Assembly (NCBI GenBank): GCA_013239625.1
Contig: MU053873.1
Location: 1,378,524-1,442,523 of the forward strand
Source of the DNA: Lama guanicoe
Taxonomy: Eukaryota
Length of the DNA: 64,000 bases
Reading direction: 5' to 3'
Each line of letters opens with the position of its first letter. The stretch's first letter is position 1. This document shows, one piece after another, positions 27,889-38,182 of the stretch. A program made the translations under genes and the position numbers. Under the pieces are notes generated by a model. It was not told the DNA's origin. It did not search any database and saw nothing but the letters and a program-made list of their open reading frames with translations.

Positions 27889-28198
27889 TTTTTTTTTTCG
27901 GTTATTTTTCCTTTTATTCCCCACTTTTTTTTTTTACATTTTTTATTGATTCATAATCATTTTACAGTGTTGTGTCAAATTCCAGTGTTCAGCACAATTT
28001 TTCAGTCATTCATGGACATATACACACTCATTGTCACATTTTTTTCTCTGTGATTTATCATAACATTTTGTGTATATTTCCCTGTGCTATACAGTGTAAT
28101 CTTGTTTATCTATTCTACAATTTTGAAATCCCAGTCTATCCCTTCCCACCCTCTACCCCCCTGGTAACCACAAGTCTGTATTCTCTGTCCATGAGTCT

Positions 28199-31100
28199 TT
28201 AGATTCCACATATGAGCGATCTCATATGGTATTTTTCTTTCTCTTTCTGGCTTACTTCACTTAGAATGACATTCTCTAGGAGCATCCATGTTGCTGCAAA
28301 TGGCATTATGTTGTCGGTTTTTATGGCTGAGTAGTATTCCATTGTATAAATATACCACCTCTTCTTTATCCAGTCACCTGTTGATGGACATTTAGGTTGT
28401 TTCCATGTTTTGGCTATTGTAAATAGTGCTGCTATGAACATTGGGGTGCAGGTGTCATCCTGAAGTAGATTTCCTTCTGGGTACAAGCCCAGGAGTGGGA
28501 TTCCTGGGTCATATGGTAAGTCTATTCCTAGTCTTTTGAGGAATCTCCACACTGTTTTCCATAGTGGCTGCACCAAACTGCATTCCCACCAGCAGTGTAG
28601 GAGGGTTCCCCTTTCTCCACAGCCTCTCCAGCATTTGTCATTTTTGGATTTTTGAATGACGGCCATTCTGACTGGTGTGAGGTGATACCTCATTGTAGTT
28701 TTGATTTGCATTTCTCTGATAATTAGTGATATTGAACATTTTTTCATGTGCTTTTTGATCATTTGTATGTCTTCCTTGGAGAATTGCTTGTTTAGGTCTT
28801 CTGCCCATTTTTGGATTGGGTTGTTTATTTTTTTCTTATTGAGTCGTATGAGCTGCTTATATATTTTGGAGATCAAGCCTTTGTCGGTTTCACTTGCAAA
28901 AATTTTCTCCCATTCCGTAGGTTTTCTTCTTGTTTTATTTCTGGTTTCCTTTGCTCTGCAGAAGCTTGTAAGTTTCATTAGGTCCCATTTGTTTATTCTT
29001 GCTTTTATTTCTTCTAGGAGAAAATTTTTGAAATGTATGTCAGATAATGTTTTGCCTATGTTTTCCTCTAGGAGGTTTATTGTATCTTGTCTTATGTTTA
29101 AGTCTTTAATCCATTTTGAGTTGATTTTTGTATATGGTGTAAGGGTGTGTTCTAGCTTCATTGTTTTACATGCTGCTGTCCAGTTTTCCCAACACCATTT
29201 GCTGAAGAGACTGTCTTTATTCCATTGTATATTCTTGCCTCCTTTGTCGAAGATGAGTTGACCAAAAGTTTGTGGGTTCATTTCTGGGCTCTCTATTCTG
29301 TTCCATTGGTCTATATGTCTGTTTTGGTACCAATACCATGCTGTCTTGATGACTGTAGCTCTATAGTATTGTCTGAAGTCTGGGAGAGTTATTCCTCCAG
29401 CCTCTTTCTTTCTCTTCAGTAATGCTTTAGCAATTCTAGGTCTTTGATGGTTCCATATAAATTTTATTATGATTTGTTCTAGTTCTGTGAAATATGTCCT
29501 GGGTAATTGGATAGGGATTGCATTAAATCTGTAGATTGCCTTGGGCAGTGTGACCATTTTAACAATATTGATTCTTCCAATCCAAGAGCATGGAATATCT
29601 TTCCATTTTTTAAAGTCTTCTTTAATTTCCTTCATCAATGGTTTATAGTTTTCTGTGTATAATTCTTTCACCTCCTTGGTTAGATTTATTCCCAGATATT
29701 TTATTACTTTGGGTGCTATTTTAAAGGGGATTGTTTCTTTACTTTCTTTTTCTGTTGATTTATCGTTAGTGTAAAGAAATGCAACTGATTTTTGAACATT
29801 AATTTTGTAACCTGCTACCTTGCTGAATTCTTCAATCAGCTCTAGTAGCTTTTGTGTGGACCTTTTAGGGTTTTCTATATATAGTAACATGTCGTCAGCA
29901 TATAATGACACTTTTACCTCTTCTTTTCCAATTTGGATCCCTTTTATTTCTTTCTCTTGCCTGATTGCTGTGGCTAGGACTTCCAGGACTATATTGAATA
30001 GGAGTGGTGATAGTGGGCATCCTTGTCTTGTCCCAGATTTTAGTGGGAAGCTTTTGAGTTTTTCACCGTTGAGAACTATGCTGGCTGTAGGTTTGTCATA
30101 TATAGCTTTTATTATGTTGAGATATGTTCCCTCTATACCCACTTTGGCGAGAGTTTTTATCATAAATGGGTGTTGAATTTTATCAAATGCTTTTTCTGCA
30201 TCGATTGAGATGATCATGTGGTTTTTGTCCTTTCTCTTGTTGATGTGATGTATTACATTGATTGATTTGCGTATGTTGAACCAGCCTTGTGTCCCTGGGA
30301 TGAACCCCACTTGGTCATGATGTATAATCTTTTTTATGTGTTGTTGGATTCTATTTGCTAAAATTTTGGTGAGGATTTTGGCGTCTATGTTCATCAGTGA
30401 TATTGGCCTATAATTCTCTTTTTTTGTAGTGTCTTTGCCTGGTTTTGGTATCAGGGTGATGGTGGCTTCATAGAATGAGTTTGGGAGTATTCCCTCCTTT
30501 TCAATCGTCTGGAAGAGTTTGAGAAGGACTGGTATGAGTTCTTCTTTGTATGTTTGGTAGAATTCCCCGGTGAAGCCGTCCGGTCCTGGACTTTTATTTG
30601 TAGGGAGGTTTTTAATTGCTATTTCTATTTCCTTTCTAGTGATCGGATTGTTCAAGTGTTCAGTTTCTTCTTGATTCAGTTTTGGTGGACAGTATGTTTC
30701 CAGAAACTTGTCCATCTCCTCTAGGTTATCCAGTTTGGTTCCATATAGTTTTTCATAATATTCTCGTATGATATTCTGTATTTCTATTTTGTTTGTTGTA
30801 ATTTCTCCATTTTCCTTTCTTATTTTGCTAATTTGTGCTCTCTCTTTTTTCTTCTTTGTGAGTTTGGCCAGAGGTTTGTCGATTTTATTTACTTTTTCAA
30901 AAAACCAGCTTTTGGTTTGGTTGATTTTTTCTATGGTCTTGTTAATCTCTATTGTATTTAATTCCTCTCTGATCTTTATTATTTCCTTCCTTCTGCTGCT
31001 TTTTGGGGCTTTTTGTTCTTCTTTTTCTAATTGATTCAGGTGGTGGGTTAACTTGTTTATTTGAGATTGTTCTTCTTTTTTGAGGAAGGCCTGTATCGCT

Positions 31101-31996
31101 ATAAACTTCCCTCTTAGCACTGCCTTTGCTGTGTCCCATAGGTTTTGAGTGGTTGTGCTTTCATTATCATTTGTCTCAAGGTATTTTTTAATTTCAGCTT
31201 TGATTTCCTCATTGATCCATTGTTTTTTCAATAACATATTGTTTAATCTCCATGCTTTTCTTTTTTTCTCCTTTGTTTCTCTGTTGTTGATTTCCAGTTT
31301 CATGGCATTGTGGTCAGTAAAGATGCTTGAGATAATTTCTATCTTCTTAAATTTGTTGAGGTTTCTTTTGTGTCCAAGTACATGATCGATCCTGGAAAAT
31401 GTTCCATGTGCACTTGAAAAGAATGTATATTCTATTTTTTGGGGGTGTAATGCTCTGAAAATATCCACCAAATCTAGTTTTTCTATTGTAGTATTTAATT
31501 TCTCTGTTGCCTTGTTTATTTTCTGTCTGGAAGATCTGTCTAGTGATGTTAATGCAGTGTTAAAATCTCCAACTATGATTGTATTCCCATCAATATCCCC
31601 CTTTATCTCTGTTAGTAATTCTTGTATGTACTTAGGTGCTCCTATATTGGGTGCATATATATTAACGAGTGTAATATCTTCATCTTGTATCACTCCTTTA
31701 ATCATTATAAAATGTCCTTCTTTATCTTTCTTTATGGCCTTTGTTTTAAAGTCTATTTTGTCTGAAATCAGTACTGCAACACCTGCTTTTTTGGCTTTTC
31801 CATTTGCATGGAATATCCTTTTCCATCCTTTCACTCTCAATCTATATGTGTCCTTCTCCCTAAAGTGGGTCTCTTGTATGCAGCATATTGAAGGTTCTTG
31901 CTTTATTATCCAGTCTGCCACTCTATGTCTTTTGACTGGAGCATTTAGTCCATTAACATTTACAGTAATTAATGATAGATGTGTGTTTATTGCCAT
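28199..31996 (-). CDS. ORF2: LINE-1 ORF2p, 1265 aa (APE endonuclease, reverse transcriptase, C-terminal Cys-rich domain)
   Basis: Uninterrupted ORF. Endonuclease motifs NVNGLN, IQETH, NIYAPN, GDFN, SRIDH, TDHN; PIP-box-like [10 protein letters not shown] motifs [50 protein letters not shown] (CX3CX7HX4C). Confidence 0.99.
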   Translation of the reverse strand: MAINTHLSLITVNVNGLNAPVKRHRVADWIIKQEPSICCIQETHFREKDTYRLRVKGWKRIFHANGKAKKAGVAVLISDKIDFKTKAIKKDKEGHFIMIKGVIQDEDITLVNIYAPNIGAPKYIQELLTEIKGDIDGNTIIVGDFNTALTSLDRSSRQKINKATEKLNTTIEKLDLVDIFRALHPQKIEYTFFSSAHGTFSRIDHVLGHKRNLNKFKKIEIISSIFTDHNAMKLEINNRETKEKKRKAWRLNNMLLKKQWINEEIKAEIKKYLETNDNESTTTQNLWDTAKAVLRGKFIAIQAFLKKEEQSQINKLTHHLNQLEKEEQKAPKSSRRKEIIKIREELNTIEINKTIEKINQTKSWFFEKVNKIDKPLAKLTKKKKERAQISKIRKENGEITTNKIEIQNIIREYYEKLYGTKLDNLEEMDKFLETYCPPKLNQEETEHLNNPITRKEIEIAIKNLPTNKSPGPDGFTGEFYQTYKEELIPVLLKLFQTIEKEGILPNSFYEATITLIPKPGKDTTKKENYRPISLMNIDAKILTKILANRIQQHIKKIIHHDQVGFIPGTQGWFNIRKSINVIHHINKRKDKNHMIISIDAEKAFDKIQHPFMIKTLAKVGIEGTYLNIIKAIYDKPTASIVLNGEKLKSFPLKSGTRQGCPLSPLLFNIVLEVLATAIRQEKEIKGIQIGKEEVKVSLYADDMLLYIENPKRSTQKLLELIEEFSKVAGYKINVQKSVAFLYTNDKSTEKESKETIPFKIAPKVIKYLGINLTKEVKELYTENYKPLMKEIKEDFKKWKDIPCSWIGRINIVKMVTLPKAIYRFNAIPIQLPRTYFTELEQIIIKFIWNHQRPRIAKALLKRKKEAGGITLPDFRQYYRATVIKTAWYWYQNRHIDQWNRIESPEMNPQTFGQLIFDKGGKNIQWNKDSLFSKWCWENWTAACKTMKLEHTLTPYTKINSKWIKDLNIRQDTINLLEENIGKTLSDIHFKNFLLEEIKARINKWDLMKLTSFCRAKETRNKTRRKPTEWEKIFASETDKGLISKIYKQLIRLNKKKINNPIQKWAEDLNKQFSKEDIQMIKKHMKKCSISLIIREMQIKTTMRYHLTPVRMAVIQKSKNDKCWRGCGERGTLLHCWWECSLVQPLWKTVWRFLKRLGIDLPYDPGIPLLGLYPEGNLLQDDTCTPMFIAALFTIAKTWKQPKCPSTGDWIKKRWYIYTMEYYSAIKTDNIMPFAATWMLLENVILSEVSQKEKEKYHMRSLICGI

Positions 31997-32208
31997 TTTG
32001 AACTTATCTTTGCAGTTGAATTGGTATATCCTCTTTGTTCCTTTCTTCTTCCTTTTGTGGTTTGGTAATTTTCCTTTGTATTATCATGGATTTTATTTAA
32101 TTTTTGTGACTCCCTTGTAAATTTTTGACTTGTGGTTACCCTTTTTTGTAAATCTATTAACCTATACCCGTTTTTAATAAACTGATAATAACATGATCTC
32201 AAACCCAT
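31987..32208 (-). other. 73-codon ORF in the L1 inter-ORF spacer overlapping the ORF2 start (candidate regulatory uORF)
   Basis: ATG at 32208; ends AAA TGG CAA TAA, overlapping the ORF2 ATG by 10 nt in a different frame. Translation is unproven. Confidence 0.4.
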
Positions 32209-32394
32209 CCTACTGTTAAAAAAATTTAAAAAAAGAAAGAAAAAAAATTCTATATTTCCCTGCCTCCCTCTCCCACTCTCAGTGATTTGTATGTCTTCTT
32301 TTATAATTTCGTGTTTTCTTTATTTGTAATTCATGAGTTATCACCTTTCCAGTTGTACGTTTCTCATTTCTGTAGCATCCTGCTGCTTTTCTAT

Positions 32395-33297
32395 TTAGAA
32401 TAGCCCTTTCAATATTTCTTTTAGCATGGGTTTAGTGTTGCTAAACTCCTGCAGCTTTTTTTTGTCTGTGAAACTCTTTATTTCTCCTTCTATCCTAAAG
32501 GATAGCCTTGCTGGATAAAGTATCCTAGGCTGCATCTTTTTTTCATTCAGGGCTTTGAATATATCTTGCCACTCCCTTCTGGCCTGTAGTGTTTGTGTAG
32601 AGAAATCAGCTGAGAGCCTTATGGGGGTTCCCTTGTAGTTCACTCTTTGCTTTTCTCTTGCTGCCTTTAGAATCATTTCTTTATCCTTGACTCTGGCCAT
32701 CTTGATTATGATATGTCTTGGTGTGGGTCTATTTGGGTTCTTCCTGTTTGGGACCCTCTGAGCTTCCTGTACTTGGATATCTGATTCCTTCTTTAAGTTT
32801 GGGAAGTTTTCAGTCATGATTTCTTCAAAAACCTTTTCAATCCCCTTTGATCCTTCTTCCCCTTCTGGGACCCCTATTATGCGAAGATTGGGACGCTTTA
32901 TATTATCCCATAGGTCCCTTATGCTATTATCATTATTTTTTATTTGCTTATCTTGTAGTTCTTCTGAATGGGTGCTTTCTGTTGCCCTGTCTTCTAGATC
33001 ACTAATTCGTTCCTCTGCATTAACTAGTCGGCTTTGCACAGCTGTTAGATCATTCCTCATCTCTGTCAATGAGTTTTCCCATTTTGCTTGGCTCTTCTTT
33101 ATAGCTTCAATTTCATTTTTGACATATTTTATTTCTCTAAGCATTATCTCTTTTAATTCCTTCAGCAATTTGATCACTCCTTTTTTGAAATCTTGATCTA
33201 GTAGGCTATCGATGTCTATTTCATTGAGCTTTCTTTCAGGGGATTCCTCTTGTTCTTTTAATTGGGAAAGGTTTCTCTGCTTCTTCATCTTGCTCAT
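32395..33297 (-). CDS. ORF1: LINE-1 ORF1p, 300 aa (coiled coil, RRM and CTD; RNA-binding chaperone)
   Basis: Uninterrupted ORF with an N-terminal heptad region and conserved motifs LWDNIKRPNLRIIGVPE, TPRHIIIK, AAREK, ARREW and YPARLS. Confidence 0.98.
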   Translation of the reverse strand: MSKMKKQRNLSQLKEQEESPERKLNEIDIDSLLDQDFKKGVIKLLKELKEIMLREIKYVKNEIEAIKKSQAKWENSLTEMRNDLTAVQSRLVNAEERISDLEDRATESTHSEELQDKQIKNNDNSIRDLWDNIKRPNLRIIGVPEGEEGSKGIEKVFEEIMTENFPNLKKESDIQVQEAQRVPNRKNPNRPTPRHIIIKMARVKDKEMILKAAREKQRVNYKGTPIRLSADFSTQTLQARREWQDIFKALNEKKMQPRILYPARLSFRIEGEIKSFTDKKKLQEFSNTKPMLKEILKGLF

Positions 33298-33703
33298 ACC
33301 TCTCTGGCACTGTGGTTTATGGAGTATCAGTTGTCTATTTTGGATCTTAAGGATTTTATCTATCTAATGCCTATTTAGGAATAGAACTTAGGAAAAAAAG
33401 GAAAAAAGAAAAAAAGAAAAAAAAATAAGAGAGAGAGAAAGATTTTTAAAAGAAGGGAGAAAGAGGGTTTGAAAACAGTGCATAATGAATAATAGAAGAG
33501 CGGGTTGAAGCAGAGTTAATCGGGTGGAGACGTCCTTTTAAAACCTTTAAAAAAAAAGGGGGGTGGGGAGATGAATATATGTGTTTGAAGCCTGTGTCTA
33601 ATCAATAACAGGACATCAAAACCCAAGAGAAATAGAAATGAATTAAGAAGTAAAAATTAAGAGAGTAATTGAAAATAGAACAGGTAAAAACAGATTAGAA
33701 AAA

Positions 33704-33734
<31 letters not shown>

Positions 33735-35056
33735 AAAAACAAAAACAAAACAAAAAAAGGGGGTTGTCGGTGTTCTCCTGGAGTCTGTGTGCTTTTAATG
33801 TGAAGTCCTTCTGTCTTCGTCCTGTTTTGGAAGCTCAGCTTGTTTTCATAGGCCCTCCGTTGGCGCCCTCTTCTGTGCTGCTCCCAGCACCTGTCGGCAA
33901 GCAGATCGCGCCTCCTCCTAACACGGGGTCAGATGCAGCTCTCCTCTGCTGCGGGCGGGCGGGTCACTGCCCCTCCGGATGCCGCAGTCAGATGTTGCAG
34001 ACTGGCCAGGCAGGAGGGCGGGTCGTGCCCCCTCCCAGCACCTCGGTCAGGGGTTGTGTTCCTGCCCGACAGGCGGGGGGCCGCTCTCCCCCTGCCTGCG
34101 TCGTCGGTAGCTCCACTGCTCTGTGCGGCTGCGCGCTCTGCGTCGGCGCTCCGCCCCGGTCGCGCTCCGCGGGTGGGCTCGGGGAAGACCCAGGGGCAGC
34201 CTCGTCCCTGCTCCGGGCCAAGACCCAGCTGCTTGTTTGTCTTTGTGGAGCAAGTTCTCTGAGGGACCAAAATGGAAGGATTCTATCTGCCCTGGGCTGT
34301 AGGCCTGTCTCAGTCTGGCCCTTGAGGCTGCTAAGCCCTTCGGTGCGGACGCAGGTTTCGCCTCTGCCCCCCGCCTGGGTGCTAAGGGTCGGAGAATATG
34401 GCGGCTCTGCCTGGGCCCCGCCTCTCTTCCCCAGAAAAGTTTCCGCGGGTTTTCAGAGATGGGGGTATGCACCCTTTCCCCCGAGAGCACATCAACCTTG
34501 CTGTTTTATGGAGGGCCCAGGTTGTTCTGTCCTGTACACCCACAGCCACGGCGCCCAGCCCCTTGCAGTCCCCCAGAGCTGCCTCCGTGCAGCCGCCCCC
34601 GTCCTCCGCCTGGCTTGTGCAGCCTGGCCCTGCCCGCTGCTGCCGGCCCGCGGCTCAGGCTGGGTGTCAGGGGGACGCTCTGTGCCCATTTAACTTAGTT
34701 CTGTCAGACAAGGGCTGCTCTGTACAGATCCGAGCCTTGGAGGCTCCCCCTCCGTCCCGCTGGCCTCTCAATTGGAGAGGGGAGACCCAGAGAGCAAGCG
34801 CCAGTCCTCCTTTGCCGCTCCCTCCCCGCGGGACCTGTCCCGCGCTGCTTTGCCTTTTGTTCTTTCTTTTTTCCTTTTCTCCTACCAGATTTTTGGCGTC
34901 TTTATCTTTTGAAGAGGGCGATGATCTGTTGGAGTTCCGCAGGTGCTCTGGTTGGCTGAGTGGGTCTGTAGATGTGGGTCTTGGTGTATTTGTGGGAGAG
35001 GGTGACTTACAAGCGTCCTTCTACTCTGCCATCTTGCCCGGAAGTCCTTATTCCCC
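33298..35056 (-). promoter_or_regulatory. L1 5'UTR / internal promoter (CpG-rich ~33800-35050)
   Basis: High CpG density. YY1 motif CAAGATGGC (GCCATCTT on + at 35028-35035) about 20 nt from the 5' end, as in other mammalian L1s; adjacent ETS motif CCGGAAGT at 35038-35045; T-rich tract on the L1 sense strand ~33390-33760. Confidence 0.9.
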
Positions 35057-38000
35057 TAGATGACATATTTTGAAGACACAAGAAATCTATTTGCTTTCAG
35101 ACACCTTTTCCGTGACTTATTTTTCTAAAATTTTTTTTGTGCAAATGCTTTAAAAATCTGTAGTAAAATGCAAATACGATGGTAGCATTTGTTTGCTGTT
35201 TGTTAGCTTTGCTGGTCTATCACCCAGCAAGACATTCAGAAATAGGGTTCTTATAACCTTTTGATATAGCTGGTAGGGAGGGATTTATGAAATATCAGGA
35301 CCATGATCACTGAGAGGCCTTGTTATCAATGGAGAATGGGGTCACTTTGATGAGGACCCTGAATAGACAAGAAGTAGCACTAAGGATCTGTGTTTTTAGG
35401 GGATAGGAGAAAAAGATAGAGTGGAAATAGAGAGAGGATATTGACCACAAACTCCATGTACTTCATAATTTTAAGGTAAGACCAGTTCTAGGTAAGAGTA
35501 GGTGATGCAAAAGGACCAAGAGTAAGGGAAGAAAAGTTAATGATTACTATCAATAAAGACAGAATAACTTACCTGAAAAGTAAACAATTTATGTAGGTTT
35601 ACACAAATATGAAATAGACCTCATTGATAATAAATCATGTCACAATGTACTTGCCACTGTTCTAATTATTTCTGATGATAGCTATGGTTCTCAGGAAATT
35701 TCAAAGAACCACATAAATGCTATCCCATTTGTAGTGGACATGAAACAATTTAGAAGAACTGGGCTATTATGGAACGCATGTTTCCAGTAAATAACTGTAA
35801 ATTATCTGTAAATTGAACAGAATTCTCTGACTTAATTTTTAAAAGTGAATCCATAGTATATCTTTGCACTCCATCATTCTGTATTAAGAATGTGTGAGAA
35901 TGTAAAATCTCTAAAGCTAATTTTTAAATTATTATAAATCTATAGAATATACTGCTGATGTTTAGAAGTTGATTAAAAGAGGATAAAAATGGAGAAAGTG
36001 AGTAGATTTATTTATCGTTTTGTTTAAAATTTAAACATAACAATTCTAACTTGAAGAGATACCAGCTAAAGAAAGGATCTTAAATTATAGGTTATTGACT
36101 ATGTGTAATTACATATGCAAGTATAATTAACATTTATACTGATCAAATAAACTGGGGAAGATTAATAGGTACAGGAGTTATAATCTTACCATGGATGAGT
36201 TTTAAACACTAATATAAAAATGGGTTAAATAGAAACAGATATTTGTTCAGAGTTTTTAAAATATATAATTTCTTAGTGGATTCTATAGGCATTTTAGAGG
36301 CTGTTTCAATAATAATATTAAAAATCAAATTTCTTTTATATGATCAAATAATTAAACATTTATCAAAGCTGCTGGAGATGCAGATATGCATAAAATACAT
36401 TTTCTCTGGAATGGAAGATAAGACAATTGCATAAATACCTGAAATGTGAAGTGGCATATGTGAAGTATCACTAGAGAGAGTGAATAAAAGGAGAGGTCAC
36501 AGCTGAGTTGGTGGAAGAAGGTGAAGGGTTTGGAGTTCAGGATAGAAATTAGTAGACCAAGAGGGTTTTCCTGGTGGAGTGGCGTTTCAACTAGCCTTGA
36601 TGGGCCTACCATCCAGACGAGGAGGCCATTCCAGGTAGTGAGACTAATGGAGGGAAAGGTAAGCTCTGAGCATGTTTTCACGATAGTATGGTAGGGAATC
36701 TCAGTTTGGCTGGAGAAGAGACTTCAAATGCCAGCTGAAATCCAGACAGCAATTGGCCCCAAAGATGGTGAAATTAGGTTTTCACATGCTTATTCTCCTC
36801 CTAATGCTCAGTGAGGAACTGGTTTTTCTCACACTTTCTTATTAGAGGGAAATGAAAAACTGAGTAGGAAGCAAATGATGGGATTTTATTTGGCTCTACA
36901 AGGATTTTTATAAATACTACAGCAGCTGTTTACATGTTTTTCATGATTGCCCTATCCATATCAGAATGATTCTCATTGTTTTGTGCGTAAGTCCACATTT
37001 GACTCAATTTATGTTTGAGTGTTTGCCATTCTCATTTTGGTTGTATTCCTTTGGGTAGTATTAGCTACCTGATGATAGGAATGTCATAAATTTGGAATTC
37101 AAGCCCTTCCAACTTCAGAATGTCATCTCTTTACTACACACATTGTGTAGCACTGTTAAATAATCAGTTTGAGGTCTGTAGCACAATTCACAAAGCAACA
37201 ATCTCTCCTGTATTTCCAGATAAAGTATTTGAAGGGAATGATATTTGCAGAATGTGCTATAGTGGTAAATTTAGAGAGTACAAGATAATTACTTGTAATT
37301 ATGGCAATTTCTGTAAGGGAAATCATCTTAATTTGTTCCTACCAAGAAATAGAATTGCTCTACTCATAGCATTTGAATCCTTTTAGGAGATTAATGCTGT
37401 GTGTCTTCATTACTTTGAATGGACATTACAGCTTTTCACTACATCTGAAATTACCCCTATAATTCATGCTTCTGTTTGAATTTCTGTTAAATGCAGTCTT
37501 CACTTAAAAAAAATTATATTCCATAACCCTTGTTGGAGACACCGTATATGTCCATCCTAAGCAAATTGTGAAAGAATAGTACACCTCTACTAGGAGAATA
37601 AACTTCCAAAGAAGTCATCGTCTGGATGGTAAAAAGAGTCTTTAACTCATACTTGCAGTGTTTTCCTGTCATGCTATTCCCTGAAGATATTAAAATTTAG
37701 GTGGCTTTTAGGCTGATGGATAATTGCTGTGGCTTAAAAGGAATGCTGTTTCTCTGGGCATTTTTATGAAGACAGAGTTCTGACTACTTTTTTATTTTTA
37801 AGTATTTAATTATACCATCTGGGAAAGGTAGCTTGTATGTAGTTAAGACAAGGAGAAAATTGGAGTGGGAAGAATGGGTTTACACTAGAGTGTAATTAAT
37901 TGGAAAGAATATTGAAGAAGAAATGATGGACATATGTCTACGTAGGTGACAAAGTTGCTAAGTATGGAAGGTTAACTCATTGTTAGGCTATGATCATCTA

Positions 38001-38182
38001 TAAAAATAAGTGATTTCAGTCTTCAGAGCTGCTGGGATGGCTTGAAAAATTCTGAGTTTTTCAATTAGCACCTGCTTCTTCACATTATATAGGAATTAAC
38101 TTTGGCTGCAGTGAGTTGAGAATGGTGTCTTCCTGCAATATTCAGCAGCTATCAGAAGCCATGCTTGAGTATAGCAGCTTTT

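Larger units (their letters stand above)
27889..35056 (-). mobile_element. Full-length LINE-1 retrotransposon (~7.17 kb), both ORFs open, with a 26-bp 3' transduction
   Basis: GC/CpG-rich 5'UTR, ORF1, spacer, ORF2, 3'UTR, AATAAA (27942-27947) and poly(A) (27925-27935). Flanked by the direct repeat TAGATGACAT at 27879-27888 and 35057-35066; the right copy continues ATTTT/GA, an L1 endonuclease-type site. Confidence 0.98.

Noticed and set aside
28701..33196. Multiple + strand ORFs of 65-202 aa opposite L1 ORF1 and ORF2
   Set aside because: Antisense shadows of the L1 coding frames (F/L/S/I-rich); a common artefact.
33764..34693. 309-codon + strand ORF in the L1 5'UTR
   Set aside because: Starts at TTG, lies in very GC-rich stop-poor DNA and has no recognisable domain; weaker than the AUG/Kozak ORF at 34398.
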